DNA of 52,946 nt, from the IMG/VR virus record IMGVR_UViG_3300042465_001424, positions 1-52,946 of that record; one strand, written 5' to 3'. How positions within the stretch are numbered: position 1 is the stretch's first letter; each line of letters starts with the position of its first letter. The notes below the pieces were generated by a model. It made no database searches and was not told the origin of the DNA. It saw nothing but the letters and a program-made list of their open reading frames with translations. This stretch comes from a virus (Duplodnaviria; Caudoviricetes). A program made the position numbers and the translations under genes. Below, in pieces: positions 49,615 through 52,946 of the stretch.

Positions 49615-49830
49615 TTATTTTATATTATTATCATTAATTGATCGTGTTTCTATTGTAAGCTTTTTTAGATTAGCTTTTAATTTATTAAACTCTTTTTCTG
49701 TTGAGTTACGTTCATTAAGGCATCGATCACAATATAAATCATTAGTAGGTTTGCCTACAGTAATAATTGTTCTACATAAATGGCAAAGTGTTGCCCCTCT
49801 ACCATTATTAAACTTGTGAATCGGCTTCAT
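49615..49830 (-). CDS. Small zinc-finger protein
   Basis: KFNNGRGATLCHLC...CDRC. Confidence 0.6.
   Translation of the reverse strand: MKPIHKFNNGRGATLCHLCRTIITVGKPTNDLYCDRCLNERNSTEKEFNKLKANLKKLTIETRSINDNNIK
49626..49659 (-). promoter_or_regulatory. Class A promoter-like repeat, copy 2
   Basis: TTACA-atag-AAACACGAT-caattaa-TGATAATA in the 3' end of the zinc-finger ORF, upstream of the operon leading to sigma. Confidence 0.75.
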
Positions 49831-50080
49831 CTCGTCGTTTTAAAATTTCTTTACAGTCTTTAATAGTGTATATACCCTGGGCTGTATTATCTAATGGGAA
49901 TACAAGCGTATTATCAGGTAATCTACTAGCTAATGAATTCATCCACCTACTATTATGCATTGTTCTAAAAAATACTTTTTCAAAGAATGAAGTATCTATA
50001 TAGTCATGTAAATCGCCATTCTCATCTACTAATTTACTTAATTCTACTTGTCGTTGAGGTATTCCAAATGTTGTACTCAT
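49808..50080 (-). CDS. Hypothetical protein
   Basis: 90-aa ORF in the operon. Confidence 0.6.
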   Translation of the reverse strand: MSTTFGIPQRQVELSKLVDENGDLHDYIDTSFFEKVFFRTMHNSRWMNSLASRLPDNTLVFPLDNTAQGIYTIKDCKEILKRRDEADSQV

Positions 50081-50175
50081 TTTTTTTCTTTTTTAATTGT
50101 TTCTTGTTTAGGTTCTTCAGGTCCGCAGTCACAATAAGTTGTATGGCCGCAATAACATTTAGTTTCTTCTTTCAT
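50077..50175 (-). CDS. 32-aa Cys-rich mini-protein (absent from ORF track)
   Basis: MKEETKCYCGHTTYCDCGPEEPKQETIKKEKK with ATGA overlaps at both ends. Confidence 0.7.
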   Translation of the reverse strand: MKEETKCYCGHTTYCDCGPEEPKQETIKKEKK

Positions 50176-50849
50176 ATTTCTACTATATTACCATTGCTTG
50201 TTAATTTTCCAAACTTACCATCTGTCACTACTGATCCATTACTAAACCAAGTATCATAAGCACTTAGTTTTAACATTCCTGCATTAATAATATCTTTGCA
50301 GTTATGAATATGACCAAACATCATATACTTTGGCTGCATTTCCAATACTAAATTCAACAAAGACTTATCGCCACAAGATTCCATATTGTTATTGCGGTCA
50401 AAAGACTTGTCTAAGCAACCTTTAGGCGGCCCGTGAACAACAATTATGTCGCATGGCTCGTGTATAGCAAGCTTCCAGAATCTTTCAAGTTTAACGCGAT
50501 CTTTCATGAACGCCCATTGCCCGAACTGTGGCGTGTGTGGTGATCCAAAGATTTTAATATCTTCAATAGTTACGTATTCATTTTCTAAATATATAATGTT
50601 GTAGTCTTCAAAATCTTTTTTAGTTACTAATCCTTTCTCAATACTAGTATCGTGATTACCTGCTACATAAATTTTATGTTTAATAGGTAATTCTTTATAC
50701 CAATGAATGAATTCTCTAACTTCTGGTTCATTATTGTATGGATCACGTGGATTGCTACAATCACCAGAATGTATCACTAAATCAATTCCTTCAGGAATAG
50801 TTAGTAAGTCATGATACATGTGTGTATCTGATATGTGCCATATTCTCAT
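50172..50849 (-). CDS. Calcineurin-like metallophosphoesterase
   Basis: DTH, GD, GNHD, HGPP, GHIH motifs. Confidence 0.9.
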   Translation of the reverse strand: MRIWHISDTHMYHDLLTIPEGIDLVIHSGDCSNPRDPYNNEPEVREFIHWYKELPIKHKIYVAGNHDTSIEKGLVTKKDFEDYNIIYLENEYVTIEDIKIFGSPHTPQFGQWAFMKDRVKLERFWKLAIHEPCDIIVVHGPPKGCLDKSFDRNNNMESCGDKSLLNLVLEMQPKYMMFGHIHNCKDIINAGMLKLSAYDTWFSNGSVVTDGKFGKLTSNGNIVEI

Positions 50850-51019
50850 AATTCTTTTTCTTCTATGAATTCTTTAAATCCGTTTATAATTGTTGATTGG
50901 TCAAAGGTAGCAGATATTAACAAGCCATAAAATATTTCTATATATTCGTTTACACTAGCATCTTCGTAATTAGTTTCAACAGACATTTTTTTACCGTAAT
51001 TTTCAATTGTTATTTTCAT
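50846..51019 (-). CDS. 57-aa hypothetical protein (absent from ORF track)
   Basis: MKITIENYGKK...EEKEL with ATGA overlaps at both ends. Confidence 0.7.
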   Translation of the reverse strand: MKITIENYGKKMSVETNYEDASVNEYIEIFYGLLISATFDQSTIINGFKEFIEEKEL

Positions 51020-51213
51020 AATTTATTATCTTTTTCTATTAATTTAAATATATAACTCCATACTTCCATTTCAAATCTATCGCGAGCATTTAATTCTAAT
51101 TGCCTATCTTTATCAACTTTCCAATACAAACCTGTATCATTAGCATCTCTTGTTGCTTGTATTAAGCATGATTCAATTTTTTCTCTTGCGGCTTCTTTTA
51201 CTTTATCTTTCAT
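51016..51213 (-). CDS. Hypothetical protein
   Basis: 65-aa ORF in the operon. Confidence 0.6.
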   Translation of the reverse strand: MKDKVKEAAREKIESCLIQATRDANDTGLYWKVDKDRQLELNARDRFEMEVWSYIFKLIEKDNKL

Positions 51214-51214
51214 A

Positions 51215-51688
51215 TTATATAGGTCTTGTGATTATACTTTCGTTTGAGTTTCTTACATTTACTTTTTCTGCTTCATAATAATTCCAGTATGCTTCAACGC
51301 TATCACCAGGAACTTTGTATTGATCAGGCATACATTGAGGCATTGGTGTTAAATCAACTTTAGTTACATTTTTAGGAGACTTGCTTAGTACTCCACCACA
51401 CTTTATAATTGTTAAATGTGTTTTATTATAACGTCTGGTATATTCTTCACCAAGCGCTATCATATGATCATACAACCATTTGTAATTAGAGGTAGACTCT
51501 CGTGCCCATATTGCTGACGGATGATTCTTGTGAGTAACTTTATAAGGAACATCAGCAGATTCGCCATCAGATATTACATGCGCAGTACACAATAATTGTG
51601 CAGATTCTAGGATCATTTTTACTACATGCTTGTTATACATATACTTAGCCGCTTTTTCAGGGTCCGTAGATAAATAAAATATATTCAT
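51215..51688 (-). CDS. Pyrimidine-dimer DNA glycosylase (DenV-like) family protein
   Basis: MNIFYL...KHVVKMILESAQLL...THKNHPSAIW...EYTRRY. Confidence 0.75.
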   Translation of the reverse strand: MNIFYLSTDPEKAAKYMYNKHVVKMILESAQLLCTAHVISDGESADVPYKVTHKNHPSAIWARESTSNYKWLYDHMIALGEEYTRRYNKTHLTIIKCGGVLSKSPKNVTKVDLTPMPQCMPDQYKVPGDSVEAYWNYYEAEKVNVRNSNESIITRPI

Positions 51689-51690
51689 AA

Positions 51691-51834
51691 TTAAAATTTA
51701 GTTATTAATAATTCTTTTGTTTTAAATTGAGGAAATAAAGTTTTATATTTTTTTATTGCTTCAACTTTAGTATAATAGTAATATCTCATTATATACTTTT
51801 CTGATATATAATCATACGGTTGTATTGTTATCAT
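51691..51834 (-). CDS. 47-aa hypothetical protein (absent from ORF track)
   Basis: MITIQPYDY...LLITKF fills the gap between class A copy 3 and the glycosylase gene. Confidence 0.5.
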   Translation of the reverse strand: MITIQPYDYISEKYIMRYYYYTKVEAIKKYKTLFPQFKTKELLITKF

Positions 51835-51859
51835 GATTAAATTGTTTTTGTTACATTAA

Positions 51860-51892
51860 TATTATCAATCTTTGATCGTGTTTAGACTGTAA
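51860..51892 (-). promoter_or_regulatory. Class A promoter-like repeat, copy 3
   Basis: TTACA-gtct-AAACACGAT-caaagat-TGATAATA. Confidence 0.75.
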
Positions 51893-51900
51893 ATTTTAAT

Positions 51901-51973
51901 TAGGAACTAAAAGGGGAATCGAACCCCAAAACCCGTCGGTCGTAACATGCCTAAAAGGCCCAGTACTTAGTTC
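51901..51973 (-). ncRNA. tRNA-like element (atypical or degenerate)
   Basis: T-arm GGGG-TTCGATT-CCCC and acceptor-like stem GAACTAAG/TTTAGTTC at tRNA-like spacing. D and anticodon arms are not canonical. Confidence 0.45.
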
Positions 51974-52033
51974 TTTAACACAACCTCTACACTACCTTAC
52001 CGCGCGGATCAGCAGGACAATTGTGTATAGCAA

Positions 52034-52351
52034 CTATGCTTTCTTAAATCTGTAGAAAGCCAAAACATATTTGTTAAGGAATTTACCTTTAGACGAGGCA
52101 TCTCTCAATCCATTCATTACGTGAGCAGGTACGCTTAGGTATTCGTACTCTCTACCGTTCTTGAATAGAACAAATAATCGTTCAACATTTGGATAGTAAG
52201 CGACTTCTGAGATTGCGCTAGAATTTACTTCTAAAGTTTCAATTAAATTTACATTCATATTATTTGTTTTTAAATTTTTCAAACAATTCTTTCCATTCTT
52301 TTTCTGTTTTAAATTATTGATTTTAAGTGTAATAAACTTATTTTTATACAA
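52034..52351 (-). CDS. KTSC-domain protein
   Basis: SSAISEVAY...LFVLFKNGREYEYLSVP...ASSKGKFLN. True start is probably the internal MNVNL. Confidence 0.85.
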   Translation of the reverse strand: MYKNKFITLKINNLKQKKNGKNCLKNLKTNNMNVNLIETLEVNSSAISEVAYYPNVERLFVLFKNGREYEYLSVPAHVMNGLRDASSKGKFLNKYVLAFYRFKKA

Positions 52352-52368
52352 TAAACTTATAAGGTTTA

Positions 52369-52818
52369 TTATTTCTTTTTAGCCTCTTCTTTTGTAATAA
52401 TTATTTTGTAATTAGGTTTAAGTGGTATTTTTTTCATTCCTATAAATTGATGATATTGTTCTTTAACAGTTTCAATTTTTTCACAACTTTGATTTTTAAC
52501 AAACCATTCAAGGAAGTCATCATCAATAGCTTGTACACCCTCTTTGATTAAGTCTTGGTCTGTGGTTAGGATGATTTTTTTGTAATCCTTTCTTACTTCC
52601 CAATAATCTTTGTCATCAACAACCCCTTTTCTGACTAAACTACCATCTAAATAATAAGATAGTCCAATATATTCATCAGAAGTGATGTGGATGTTAAATC
52701 TTTTGTATTCAGCTCTTTTAGTTGCCATATCTGCCAAGCATAGTCTATCAATTGTATCATACTTTTGTTTAACTAACCTACTTGGTTTGTCTGTTGGCAA
52801 TACGTGTATGTTTTTCAT
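52369..52818 (-). CDS. Hypothetical phage protein
   Basis: 149 aa, MKNIHVLPTDKPSRL...KKIILTTDQDLI...FLEWFVKN. Confidence 0.7.
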   Translation of the reverse strand: MKNIHVLPTDKPSRLVKQKYDTIDRLCLADMATKRAEYKRFNIHITSDEYIGLSYYLDGSLVRKGVVDDKDYWEVRKDYKKIILTTDQDLIKEGVQAIDDDFLEWFVKNQSCEKIETVKEQYHQFIGMKKIPLKPNYKIIITKEEAKKK

Positions 52819-52823
52819 AAATC

Positions 52824-52946
52824 TTATTTGTTTTTAAATTGTTCGTTGTAGTATTGTTCTGCATAAAATCTATCAGACATAACTATTTTATCGCTTTCAT
52901 ATTTTCCATTTTTATAAGCATCAATTATCTGTTGCTTTTCCATTTC
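52824..52946 (-). CDS. Hypothetical protein, 5'-truncated
   Basis: Open frame EMEKQQIIDAY...AEQYYNEQFKNK* running off the window edge. Confidence 0.55.
   Translation of the reverse strand, partial: EMEKQQIIDAYKNGKYESDKIVMSDRFYAEQYYNEQFKNK

Noticed and set aside
38165-50259. Short + strand ORFs inside the - strand arm (e.g. 38609-38839, 40418-40909, 48006-48221, 49987-50259)
   Set aside because: They are antisense to recognised genes and have shadow-like composition.
51901-51973. Functional tRNA with an assignable anticodon
   Set aside because: I could not form a 5-bp stem with a 7-nt anticodon loop or find a GG-containing D-loop. Reported only as tRNA-like.
1-52946. Alternative genetic code, as in some crAss-like phages
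   Set aside because: Genes are long, intact and tightly packed under the standard bacterial code.

Overview
AT-rich segment of a tailed dsDNA phage that most likely infects a Bacteroidota (Flavobacterium-like) host. The host call is inferred from protein families and from AT-rich leaders lacking Shine-Dalgarno sites. The + strand arm (1-38075) is the late/virion module: tail fibres, a lysis cassette (two holin-like ORFs, DUF5675-type endolysin, u-spanin), phage GroEL/GroES plus a tandem double-GroES-like protein, crAss-like terminase, portal, scaffold, capsid, ring and muzzle proteins, and three ejection-type proteins ending in a 2553-aa polyvalent protein. The - strand arm (38152-52946) carries nucleotide metabolism (NrdJ, ThyA, MazG-like), replication and recombination genes (primase-helicase, SSB, ERF, RecE-like exonuclease, nucleases), a sigma-70-family factor and small early ORFs. 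The arms converge on a bidirectional terminator. The main observation is a candidate two-sigma transcription cascade. The giant virion protein contains a sigma-70 region-2-like segment, a zincin HExxH motif and a HAD phosphatase, separated by recurring [VI]K[FLK]S linkers. A fixed-spacing motif (TTACA-N4-AAACACGAT-N7-TGATAATA) occurs three times in front of early operons, one of which leads to the stand-alone sigma gene. A second, weaker motif (GTRAT) precedes late and recombination operons. All calls come from reading motifs by eye; no database search was run.
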